64,000 nt of DNA from an uncultured Candidatus Rokubacteria bacterium (GTDB lineage Bacteria; Methylomirabilota; Methylomirabilia; Rokubacteriales; DASRDR01), in the NCBI GenBank assembly GCA_963708025.1, contig CAVPSB010000019.1, positions 160,001 through 224,000 of the forward strand, given 5' to 3'. Numbering within the stretch: position 1 is the stretch's first letter; every line of letters begins with the position of its first letter. The position numbers and the translations under genes are program-made. The notes below the pieces were generated by a model. The model saw only the letters and a list, made by a program, of their open reading frames with translations, made no database searches and was not told the DNA's origin. Shown here piece after piece: positions 48,703-57,821 of this stretch.

Positions 48703-51329
48703 GTGAGCCAGGAGGCGAAGGAATGGGCTCCTCCGGCCCCCCCTCCCCCCGGTGGGTGGGGGAGGGGGGTTGGCGGGTGGGCGGGAGGTCCCCAACTGAA
48801 GCAGACGCCGAGGCGCGTGATCCCCCGGCCGGAGCCCGGCCGGCTGGACGTCGAGGGCATCGTGGAGACCTTCGCCACCCGCATGATGTACTCGGTGGCC
48901 AAGGACGAGTACACCGCCACGCGACTTCGACGTCTACCAGGCGCTGGCCTACGCGGTGCGCGACCGGCTGATGGAGCGCTGGTTCCGCGACCCAGAGCGC
49001 CTACTACCAGGCCGACGCCAAGCGGGTCTACTACCTGTCGCTCGAGTTCCTGCATGGGCCGCGCGCTCGTCCACAACGTCATCAACCTCGGGGCCCGCGA
49101 CGCCTACCGCGAAGCGCTGCGCCGAGCTGGGCTACGACCTCGAGGCGCTCGCAGGAGCAGGAGTGGGACGCCGGCCTCGGCAACGGCGGCCTCGGCCGCC
49201 TGGCCGCCTGCTTCCTCGACTCGGTGGCCACCCTGGCGCTGCCCGTTCTACGGCTACGGCATCCGCTACGAGTACGGCATCTTCCAGCAGCGCATCCAGG
49301 ACGGCTTCCAGGTCGAGGCGCCCGACAACTGGCTGCGCTACGGCAACCCGTGGGAGATCCCGCGGCCCGACGCGCTCTTCCCGGTGCAGCTTCTACGGGC
49401 GCACCGAGCACTACCGCGACGAGCAGGGCCGGACCTGCGCGCGCGCTGGGTCGACACCGAGGACGTCATGGCGATGGCCTACGACACCCCGGTCGCCGGC
49501 TTCCGGCAACGACACCGTGAACACCCTGCGGCTGTGGGCGGCCAAGTCGAGCCGCGAGTTCGACCTCGCCGAGCTTCAACGCCGGCGAGTACGTGCGGGC
49601 GGTCGAGGACAAGACCCGGAGCGAGAACATCTCCAAGGTCCTCTACCCGCCCGACGACCAGTACGCGGGCAAGGAGCTGCGGCTCAAGCAGCAGTACTTC
49701 TTCGTCTCCGCCACGCTGCAGGACGTCCTGCGCCGCTTCCGCAAGTTCGGCCCGCGCCGCTGGGAGCGAGCTGCCCGACAAGGTGGCCGATCCAGCTCAA
49801 CGACACGCACCCGGCGCTCGCGATCCCCGAGCTGATGCGCGTGCTGGTGGACGAGGAGCGGCTCGACTGGGACGAGGCCTGGTCGATCTGACCGAGCGGG
49901 TCTTCGCCTACACCAACCACACGGTCCTGCCCGAGGCGCTCGAGCGCTGGCCGGCCGAGCTGCTCGGCCGCCTGCTGCCGCGCCACCTCGAGATCATCGA
50001 GGAGATCGACCGGCGCTTCCGCGCTGGCGGTGGCGCGCGCTACCCGGGCGACGAGGCCGCGGCTCGGCCGCATGGCGATCCTCGACGACGGCGGCCACGT
50101 GCGCATGGCCCACCTCGCCATCGTGGGCAGCCACTCCGTGAACGGCGTCGCCGCGCTCCACACGCGGATCCTGCGCGAGTCGACCTTCGCCGAGCTTCGA
50201 CGCGCTCTGCCCCGGCCGCTTCAACAACAAGACCAACGGCATCACGCCGCGGCGCTGGCTGCTGCAAGTGCAACCCCGGGCCTGGCCGCGCTGATCAGCG
50301 AGGCCATCGGCGACGGCTGGATCACGGACCTCGACGAGCTGCGCGGGCTCGCGCCCTTCGCCGAGGACGCCGGCTTCCGCGCCGCAGTGGGCGGCGGTGA
50401 AGCGGGCCAACAAGGCCGTGCTCGCCGACCGCGTGCGCGAAGCGACCACGGCCTCGAGCTCGACCCCGACACGCTGTTCGACTGCCAGGTCAAGCGGATC
50501 CACGAGTACAAGCGCCAGCTCCTGAACGTGCTGCACGTGATCGCGCTCTACCACCGGCTCGCGCGACGGGCGGCGGACGACGGCGTGCCGCGCACGGTGA
50601 TCTTCGCCGGCAAGGCGGCGCCCGGCTACGCCATGGCCAAGCTGATCATCAAGCTGATCCACGCCGTGCGCCGATCGGGTGAACGGCGACCCGGCGGCGC
50701 GCGGCCGGCTGCGCGTCGCGTTCCTCCCCAACTACTCGCGTCTCGCTCGCCGAGCGGATCTTCCCGGCCTGCGAGCTGTCCGAGCAGATCTCGACCGGCG
50801 GGCACGGAGGCCTCCGGCACCGGCAACATGAAGGCCGCGCTCAACGGGGCCCTGACCATCGGCACCCTGGACGGCGCCAACGTCGAGATCCGCGAGGAGG
50901 TGGGGCCGGAGAACATCTTCATCTTCGGGCACACCGCGGCCGAGATCGACGGCCCTGCGCGCCGCGCGGCTACGACCCGCGGGCCTGGGTCGACGGCAAC
51001 CCCGAGCTGGCGCCGGGTGGTCGACGCCATCGCCGAGGGCGAGCTCGAGGGGCACGCCGGCCTCTTCCGGCCCGTCGTGGACGCGCTGCTGGGTGCGCGA
51101 TCGCTACTTCCTGTGCGCCGACTTCGCCGCGCTACGTGGACTGCCAGACCCGGGTGGGCGACGACCTACGGCCGTCCCGACGACTGGCTGGCGCATGTCG
51201 ATCCGGAACGTGGCGGGCATGGGGCCATTCTCCAGCGACCGGACCGTCTACGAGTACGCGCGCGAGGTATGGCGGGTCCTGCCGGCGCCGGTGTCGCTGA
51301 CCGCCGAGTGGGGACGGAGGGACCGCTAG
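48703..51329 (+). CDS. glgP: Glycogen/starch phosphorylase (many frameshifts; start 48703 or 48817)
   Basis: [75 protein letters not shown] and FSSDRT across frames. Confidence 0.9.
48715..48796. repeat. Family A repeat (reverse orientation)
   Basis: GAAGGAATGGG...CCTCCCCCCGGTGGGTGGGGGAGG...GGTGGGCGGGAGGTCCCCAAC. Confidence 0.8.
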
Positions 51330-51334
51330 GAACA

Positions 51335-51462
51335 TCGGGGAGGTCTCGGTGGGGGAGGGGGGCTGGGGGGGGGTAGGCGGGAGGGTCCGAAGGAAGGTGA
51401 CCCTCCGGCTCCCCCCTCCCCCAGTGGGTGGGGGAGGGGGGCTGGGGGGGTAGGAGGGAGGT
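51335..51462. repeat. Family B half-site fused to two partial family A copies
   Basis: TCGGGGAGGTCTCGG, then GGTGGGGGAGGGGGGCTGGGGGG...GGGAGG twice. Confidence 0.7.
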
Positions 51463-51468
51463 GTCGCA

Positions 51469-52018
51469 ATGAAGATCCGCAAGCTCGTCACCATCGTCGA
51501 GGAGATCCGGGCCGATGGCCGGAAGGAGGCCGTGCGCCCGGTGCGGAAGGCGGCGGCGGTCGCCGTCATCGAGAACCCGTTCGCCGGGCGATTCGTCGAG
51601 GATCTCCAGCCGCTCGTCCAGGTGGGCGAGGAGCTGGGCGGGCTGCTCGGCAAGCAAGCGGTGGAGGCGCTCGGCGGGGCGGTCGAGAGCTACGGGAAGG
51701 CGGCCATCGTGGGGCTCGCCGGCGAGTACGAGCACGCGGCGGCTATCCTGCACCCGACCCTCGGCACGCCGTTCCGGGCCGCGGTGGGCGGGGGCAAGGC
51801 GATCATCCCGTCGGCGAAGAAGCTGGGGACGGCGGGGACGGCCATCGACGTGCCGCTCCACTACAAGGACGCGGCGTTCGTCCGGACCCACTTCGATGCG
51901 ATGGAGGTGCGGGTCCCCGACGCGCCGATGCCGGACGAGATCGTGGTGGCGCTGGTGGTCACCGACGGCGGCCGGCCCCACCCGGGTCGGCGGCGACGGG
52001 GCGAGGCGGGCCTGGTAA
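51469..52018 (+). CDS. Amino acid synthesis family protein (DUF1185); frameshift near 51985
   Basis: IRKLVTIVEEI, AVIENPFAG, ESYGKAAIVG..GEYEHAAA, IDVPLHYKDAAFVRTHFD, GRPHP. Confidence 0.88.
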
Positions 52019-52020
52019 CA

Positions 52021-52163
52021 CTTCGGGGGCTCGGAAGGCCTCGAGGAGGCCGCGACTGTTGGACGGCCTTCGGCCTCTGGGCCGCGGCTCGGAGTGGAAC
52101 GCCGCGGCCGCGCGGCCGGGACCAGGGAGTGGCGAGAAGCCGAGGGGGATGGAAGCGGAAGCC
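52021..52163 (+). repeat. Family B long repeat with nested module C
   Basis: CTTCGGGGGCTCGGAAGG...CTGTTGGACGGCCTTCGGCCTCTGG-GCCGCGGCTCGGAGTGGAACGCCGCGGCCGCG...GCGAGAAGCCGA; matches the reverse complement of 11080-11220. Confidence 0.8.
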
Positions 52164-52207
52164 GCAGTAGCTTTCACGACATCTGACATGAACGGGAGAA
52201 CATCGGG

Positions 52208-53194
52208 ATGAAGTTCGGCCTCCGACTGCCGACGTTCGCGCTCGGCCCTCGCACCGCGACACTCGCCGAGATGGGCCGCTACCTCCGCCGGGCGGAGGCG
52301 CTCGGCTTCGAGGCCGCGGTCACCATCGATCACCTCCTGACCACCCCGCCGGCCTACGCGTGCACCTGGCTCGAGCCCATCGCGCTGCTCTCGGCGCTGG
52401 CCGGCGTCACCGAGCGGATCCGGCTGGGGACGATGGTCCTCGTCCTGCCGCTCCGGAACCCGGTCTACTTCGCCAAGGAGTGGGCGACCCTGGACGTGCT
52501 CTCCGGCGGCCGCTCGATCCTCGGCGTCGGCGTGGGCTGGGCCGACGACGAGTTCGCCCTCATGGGCGTGCCCCGGAACGAGCGGGGTCGCCGGATGGAG
52601 GAGGGGCTCGAGCTGGTCCAGGCCCTGTGGGCGGGGGACGACGTCACCTACCAGGGGCGCATCTACCGGGTGCGGAACCTGACCATCGACCCGAAGCCCG
52701 TCCAGAAACCCCACCCGCCCATCTGGATCGGCGGCGGCAGCCAGCCCTTCGAGGTGGTCTACGGCCAGCCGACTCCCGACGTCACGCCCGTCCTCCGGCG
52801 GGTGGCCCGCTACGCGGACGCCTGGGTTCCGCACTCCTCCGCGACGCCGGAGATGGTGGAGCGAGACTGGGCCGTGATCGAGCGGGCGGCGCCGGAGTTC
52901 GGGCGGAAGGCGGCCGACATCCGGGTGGTCTACTCGAACTTCGTCCACCTGCTGCGGCCCGGCGAGCGGCCCGAGAGCGCCGTGCCGCGGCTCAAGACGT
53001 TCTCGGGGATGGACCTCGCCTACTGGCGCGAGCACTACCTCCTCGGCGAAGCCGGTGAGGTCGTCGAGCGGATCAACCGGCGCATCGCTGCCGTCGGCGG
53101 CCGGATGGACTGGGTGGTGCTCAACCCGGTCGACTGGGATCTCGAGCAGCTCGAGCGCCTGGCCGCCGAGGTCCTGCCCCGGGTCGCGGCCTGA
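52208..53194 (+). CDS. LLM-class (luciferase-like) flavin/F420-dependent oxidoreductase
   Basis: AEALGF...DH, TERIRLGT, LDVLSGGR, PKPVQKPHPPIWIGG. Confidence 0.9.
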   Translation: MKFGLRLPTFALGPRTATLAEMGRYLRRAEALGFEAAVTIDHLLTTPPAYACTWLEPIALLSALAGVTERIRLGTMVLVLPLRNPVYFAKEWATLDVLSGGRSILGVGVGWADDEFALMGVPRNERGRRMEEGLELVQALWAGDDVTYQGRIYRVRNLTIDPKPVQKPHPPIWIGGGSQPFEVVYGQPTPDVTPVLRRVARYADAWVPHSSATPEMVERDWAVIERAAPEFGRKAADIRVVYSNFVHLLRPGERPESAVPRLKTFSGMDLAYWREHYLLGEAGEVVERINRRIAAVGGRMDWVVLNPVDWDLEQLERLAAEVLPRVAA

Positions 53195-53223
53195 CCCGCC
53201 CCCCGTCGGTCCTCGCCTGGACC

Positions 53224-53850
53224 CTACTTGAAGAACGCGCTGAACCCGATGGTGAAGACTGCCGAGTTCAGGCCGGGGTTCAGGTTGCAGACCGAGCCGT
53301 TCGAGAGGTGGTGGAAGCGGGTGCCCAGGTTCACCGCATAGTTGTCCGACCAGAAGAGCAGGACGCCGCCGCCGCCCTGCAGGATGAAGGTCGGATTGCA
53401 GACCGTCTGGGGGACGCCCGACTCGCCGACGATCATGCCGGCTCCCACCTCGAGGTACCAGCGCACCCGGCTCTCTCCGGCAAAGACCCAGCGGCCCAGC
53501 GCCGACAGGCCGACGTGATTGTCGGACTCCTTCGCGTCGAGGTGAATGAAGGTCGGCTCCGCCAGCAGCTCGAGGCTGCCGCGCAGCCACTTGGGTCCGT
53601 GCTCGTCCGTCACGAACAGACCGACGTGCGGCAGCAGCTGGAAGCCGCTGATTCCCCCCCGGCTGCCGGAGACGGCGAAGGCTTCGGAGTGGCCGCCGGC
53701 GAGCGTGAACTCGGCGGTGCCCGCGGTCAGTCGCGGCTCGGCGCCGACCGGCGCGGCGACGGCGAGCAGGAGGACGGCGAGCAGCGCGCGCCCGACGCGG
53801 CCTCGGTTGCTTGACCCGGTCAGACCGGTCCCGTATAGTGAAGGCGCCAT
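53224..53850 (-). CDS. PagL-like / acyloxyacyl hydrolase outer-membrane beta-barrel (start uncertain)
   Basis: Signal-like RALLAVLLLAVAAPVGA; YLEVGAG; RFHHLSNG...NPGLN; aromatic C-terminus. Confidence 0.8.
   Translation of the reverse strand: MAPSLYGTGLTGSSNRGRVGRALLAVLLLAVAAPVGAEPRLTAGTAEFTLAGGHSEAFAVSGSRGGISGFQLLPHVGLFVTDEHGPKWLRGSLELLAEPTFIHLDAKESDNHVGLSALGRWVFAGESRVRWYLEVGAGMIVGESGVPQTVCNPTFILQGGGGVLLFWSDNYAVNLGTRFHHLSNGSVCNLNPGLNSAVFTIGFSAFFK
53811..53839 (+). promoter_or_regulatory. Sigma70 promoter for mrp (near-leaderless)
   Basis: TTGACC-17 nt-TATAGT, with the ATG 9 nt after the -10. Confidence 0.7.
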
Positions 53851-54973
53851 GGGTCTTTTCGGCGGCCGATCTTCGAGCGGCGTGACGGAAGACGCGATCC
53901 TGAAAGCGCTCCGGACCGTGCGGGATCCCGAGAGCGGGCAGGACATCGTGAGCCTGGGGCTGGTGCAGGGCCTGGCCATCGAGGGAGGCCGGGTCGGGTT
54001 CACCCTCGAGTTCACCACCCAGCCGGCGCTGGCGAAGGTGGAGATCCACAGCCAGGCGCGCAAGATCGTCGCCGCCCTGCCGGGCGTGACCGAGGCGAAG
54101 GTTGCCATGGCGGCCTCCAAGCCCCGGTCAGGCGCCCAGCACGCCCACGGCCAGCACCCGGCGGCCGGCGGGGGCAAGGCGGAGCTCATCCCGGAGGTCA
54201 AGCACACGGTCGCGGTCTCTTCCGGGAAGGGTGGCGTCGGAAAGTCGACTGTCGCCGTCAACCTGGCCCTGGCGCTCCGGGAATCGGGCGCCACGGTGGG
54301 TCTCGTCGACGCCGACGTCTACGGGCCCAACATCCCGCTGATGATGGGCGCCCGCGGGCGGCCCGGGATGTTCAACGACCGCATGATCCCCGTGCAGGCG
54401 TACGACGTCAAGATCATGTCCATCGGGTTCTTCGTGAAGGAGGGCGATCCGGTGGTCTGGCGGGGGCCGATGATCCACACGGCCATCCAGCAGTTCCTCA
54501 AGGACGTCGAGTGGGGCGAGCTGGATTACCTGATCTTCGACATGCCGCCGGGCACGGGTGACGCCCAGCTCTCGCTCTCCCAGGTCATCCCGCTCTCCGG
54601 GGCGGTGATGGTCACGACGCCCCAGGACGTGTCGCTGCTCGACGTCCGGAAGGGCCTGGCCATGTTCCGGAAGATGAACGTGCCCCTGCTCGGCGTCGTG
54701 GAGAACATGGCGGGGTTCGAGTGTCCTCACTGCCGGCACACCACGCCGATCTTCGGGGAAGGCGGTGGCCAGACGCTGGCCGACGAGTTCGGGATTCCGG
54801 TCCTCGGCTCGATTCCCATCGACCTCGAGACGCGGGTGGGCGGAGACACCGGCGCGCCGATCGTCGTCGCCCGGCCCCGGTCGGCGCAGGCCGACGCCTT
54901 CCGGCGGATGGCGAAGGCCGTCGCCGAGCGCGTGTCGAGCCTGTCGGTCCTCAAGCTGCCCACCATCTCGTAG
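53849..54973 (+). CDS. mrp: Mrp/ApbC/NBP35 Fe-S cluster carrier ATPase
   Basis: SSGKGGVGKST, DADVYGP, VVWRGPM, DMPPGTGD, VENM...CPHC. Confidence 0.95.
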   Translation: MGLFGGRSSSGVTEDAILKALRTVRDPESGQDIVSLGLVQGLAIEGGRVGFTLEFTTQPALAKVEIHSQARKIVAALPGVTEAKVAMAASKPRSGAQHAHGQHPAAGGGKAELIPEVKHTVAVSSGKGGVGKSTVAVNLALALRESGATVGLVDADVYGPNIPLMMGARGRPGMFNDRMIPVQAYDVKIMSIGFFVKEGDPVVWRGPMIHTAIQQFLKDVEWGELDYLIFDMPPGTGDAQLSLSQVIPLSGAVMVTTPQDVSLLDVRKGLAMFRKMNVPLLGVVENMAGFECPHCRHTTPIFGEGGGQTLADEFGIPVLGSIPIDLETRVGGDTGAPIVVARPRSAQADAFRRMAKAVAERVSSLSVLKLPTIS

Positions 54974-54978
54974 GCTGC

Positions 54979-55654
54979 GTGGCCGAGATCCTCGAGATCC
55001 CGGTCTTCCCCCTCCCGGAGGTCGTCTTCTTCCCGGAGACGGTCCTGCCGCTGCACGTCTTCGAGCCCCGATACCGGGCCATGGTCGCCGACTGCCTCGC
55101 CGGCGACCGGCGCCTGGCGGTGGCGATGCTCCGCCCCGGCTGGGAGCGCGACTATTACGGCCGGCCGCCGCTCCACGCCGTGGCGGGGGTCGGGGAGATC
55201 ATGCAAGCGGAGAAGCTGGCCGACGGCCGGTACAACGTCCTCCTCGACGGGCTCTGCGCGCGTGCGCATCGAGGAGGAGCTCGGGACGGATCGACCGTAT
55301 CGCGTCGTGCGGGCTCGCTCGCTCGGCGACGTGGTCCGGGACGCGGACCGGGCGACCTTCCCCGAGCGGATGCGGACGCTCCGTGCTTCGTACGCGAAGC
55401 TGCTCGACACCCTGGGCCAGTCCCACGCGGACCTCGTCGCCCGGCTGACCGTGGCCGGGGCGCGCCCGGGCGCCGTCATCGACCGGATCGTGTCGGCGGT
55501 GGTGCCCGACGCCGCGGTGCGGCAGCGGATCCTGGAGGCCGTGGACGTGAGCGATCGGCTGGACCTGGCCTCGGCGGCCCTGCTCGACCTCCTCACCCTC
55601 GTCGCCGGCTCGGAAGGGGAGGAGGAAGAGGAAGACGCGGGTGGCGGTGCCTGA
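54979..55654 (+). CDS. Lon N-terminal substrate-binding domain protein (frameshift near 55255)
   Basis: IPVFPLPEVVFFPETVLPLHVFEPRYRAMV, DGRYN, RQRILE. Confidence 0.85.
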
Positions 55655-55687
55655 CGCCGGAGTCGGCGGCACCGGCCGCCTGTCACC

Positions 55688-56386
55688 ATGCGCCGCGGGC
55701 TGATCGCCGCCCTGCTGCTCGTGACCGCCGCCGCCCCGGCGCTGGCCGCGGAGGGGTATGGCTGGCTCGGCGTCCGCATCCGCGACCTGTCGGAGAGCGA
55801 GGCGGAGGACCTCTCCGTCAAGCTCGGGATCCGGGAAGGGTACGGCGTGGTGATCGCCGAGATCCTCAAGGACACGCCGGCCGAGACGTCCGGGCTGAGG
55901 GCCGGAGACCTCATCGTCGCCATCGACGGCCGGCCGGTGGTGGAGACCCGGGTGCTGCAGCGGCTGGTCGGCGCCACGCCGGCGGGTCAGGAGCTGAGGC
56001 TGGTCGTCCTGCGCGAGGGACGGCGGCGCGAGCTGCGGATCCGGGTGGGCGCGATGCCGGCCGACGCGGTGGCCGAGCGGGTGGCGGCGGAGTTCGGCTT
56101 CCTGGTGCGGGACACGGCGCCCGACGAGACGGCCGCGTCGGCGACGGCGATCCGGCTCGCCGTCGTCGCCGCCGTGCTCGAGCGAAGCGCGGCCGAGCGC
56201 GGAGGCCTCAAGGCCGGCGACCGGCTGCTGGCAGTCAACGGCGTGGCGACCAGCTCCGTCGAGGCGGTTCGCCAGCGGCTGCGGGAGGTCGAGCTGCGCA
56301 GCGAGCTCCGGCTCCGCGTGGAGCGGCGCGGGGAGCCGCTCGACCTCGCGCTTCCCCCCGTCCAGCCCTCTCTCCCGTCTCAGTAG
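55688..56386 (+). CDS. Secreted tandem-PDZ protein
   Basis: Signal peptide; GWLGVRI, TPAETSGLRAGDLI, AERGGLKAGDRL; no protease domain. Confidence 0.85.
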   Translation: MRRGLIAALLLVTAAAPALAAEGYGWLGVRIRDLSESEAEDLSVKLGIREGYGVVIAEILKDTPAETSGLRAGDLIVAIDGRPVVETRVLQRLVGATPAGQELRLVVLREGRRRELRIRVGAMPADAVAERVAAEFGFLVRDTAPDETAASATAIRLAVVAAVLERSAAERGGLKAGDRLLAVNGVATSSVEAVRQRLREVELRSELRLRVERRGEPLDLALPPVQPSLPSQ

Positions 56387-56410
56387 GTTCTCCACCGGTC
56401 GCGCCGAGGG

Positions 56411-56445
56411 CCTCGGGGGCGGCCTTCCGAGACCCCCGAAGGGGG
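56411..56445 (-). repeat. Family B hairpin, degenerate
   Basis: Minus strand TGA-CCCCCTTCGGGGGTCTCGGAAGG directly after the amidase stop. Confidence 0.65.
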
Positions 56446-57793
56446 TCAGTCCGCCTCGACCCGGGCCACGAGCCAGCGCGCGGTCCGCAGCAGGCGGGCA
56501 TCGCCGTGCCGCGGGCCCGACCAGCTGGACGCCCAGCGGGAGACCGTTGGCGCCCTGCATGAGCGGCACGCTGAGCGCCGGCATGCCGCACAGGGTCCAC
56601 AGGGTGCAGAAGGCCGGGTCCCCGGTCGAGGCGAGGCCCCGCGGGCGCGGTGCCGGCGGCGGCGGGAGTCAGGATGGCGTCATAGCGCTGCGCGAACAGC
56701 TCGGCGAAGCTCTCGTCGAGCTGGGGTATGCGGGCCAGCGCGCCGCAGGTAGTCGAGCGCGCGCACCTCCCGGCCGCGCTCGAGCCGGGCGCGCAGCGAC
56801 GCGGACAGGCGGGCGCGCCCGGTGGTCCCACTCCCGGGCGAGGTTCGCGGCCATCTCCGCTTCCATGACGAGCCGGTGCCACGCGGCCGCCTCCTCGGCC
56901 GCCGCGGACAGCTCCAGCTCCTCCACGCGATCGCCGAGGAGATCGGTCAGCTCGCGCGAACGCCTCCCGGGCGTCCGGGTCGACCCGGTCCCAGCGCGCC
57001 GTCTTCACGAACGCGAACATCGGCGCCAGCGGCGGCTCCTCGGCCGCCACCTGCCGGTAGCGGGATGCGCGCGCGCGGCCGCGAGTCGGGGTCGCGCTCG
57101 TCGTAGCCCACGAGCTGCTCCAGCGAGGAGCGCCAGGTCCTCGACGGTGCGCGCGAACAGCCCGACGTGGTCGAGCGTGCGGGAGAGCTGGAACATTCCG
57201 GGGCGCGGGATCAGCCCGTGCGTCGGCTTGAGGCCGTAGACGCCGCAGAACGACGCCGGCCGGATGGTCGAGCCGCCGGTCTGGCTGCCGAGCGCGAGCG
57301 GCACCATGCCGGCGGCGACCGCGGCCGCCGAGCCGCTCGACGAGCCGCCGGGGGTGTGCGCGGGGTTGTGCGGGTTGCGCGTCTTGCCGGGCGCGCGGCT
57401 GGCGAACTCGGTGGTCACGGTCTTGCCCATGATCACCGCGCCCGCCGCCCGCAGCATCGCGACCACGGCGGCGTCGCGGGAGGGCGTGCGGCCGGCGTGC
57501 AGCACGGAGCCGTTCTCGGTCGGCATGTCGGCGGTGTCGATGATGTCCTTGATGCCCACCGGCACGCCGTGCAGCGGCCCGATCGGCTGCCCGGAGAGCC
57601 GCCGCTCGTCGGCGGCGCGCGCCTGGGCCAGCGCGTGATCGGGATCGAGGAACGCCCAGGCCTGCACCTGAGCGTCCGTCTCGCGCACCCGCGCCAGGCA
57701 GGCCTCGACCAGCTGCGCCGAGCCGATGACGCCGTCGCGGATGAGGCGCGCCGCGTCCGACGCCGAGAGCGCGTGGAGGTTGGTCAGGTCCAT
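56446..57793 (-). CDS. Amidase signature family protein (multiple frameshifts)
   Basis: GPLHGVPVGIKD, GKTVTTEF, TPGGSSSGSAAAVAAG, GSQTGGSTIRPASFCG, GLPLGVQLVG. Confidence 0.88.
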
Positions 57794-57821
57794 CGGGCGG
57801 CGCGCCGGCACGACCGGCGCC

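Noticed and set aside
48703-51329. glgP, iorAB and the TRAP genes as true pseudogenes or programmed frameshifts
   Set aside because: Catalytic motifs remain intact, the breaks are single-base shifts, and no consistent slippery motif is evident. Sequencing error is more parsimonious.
51985-52170. Extended C-terminus of the DUF1185 ORF
   Set aside because: Read-through from a frameshift into a family B repeat. The natural end HPRVGG...stop is at 52018.
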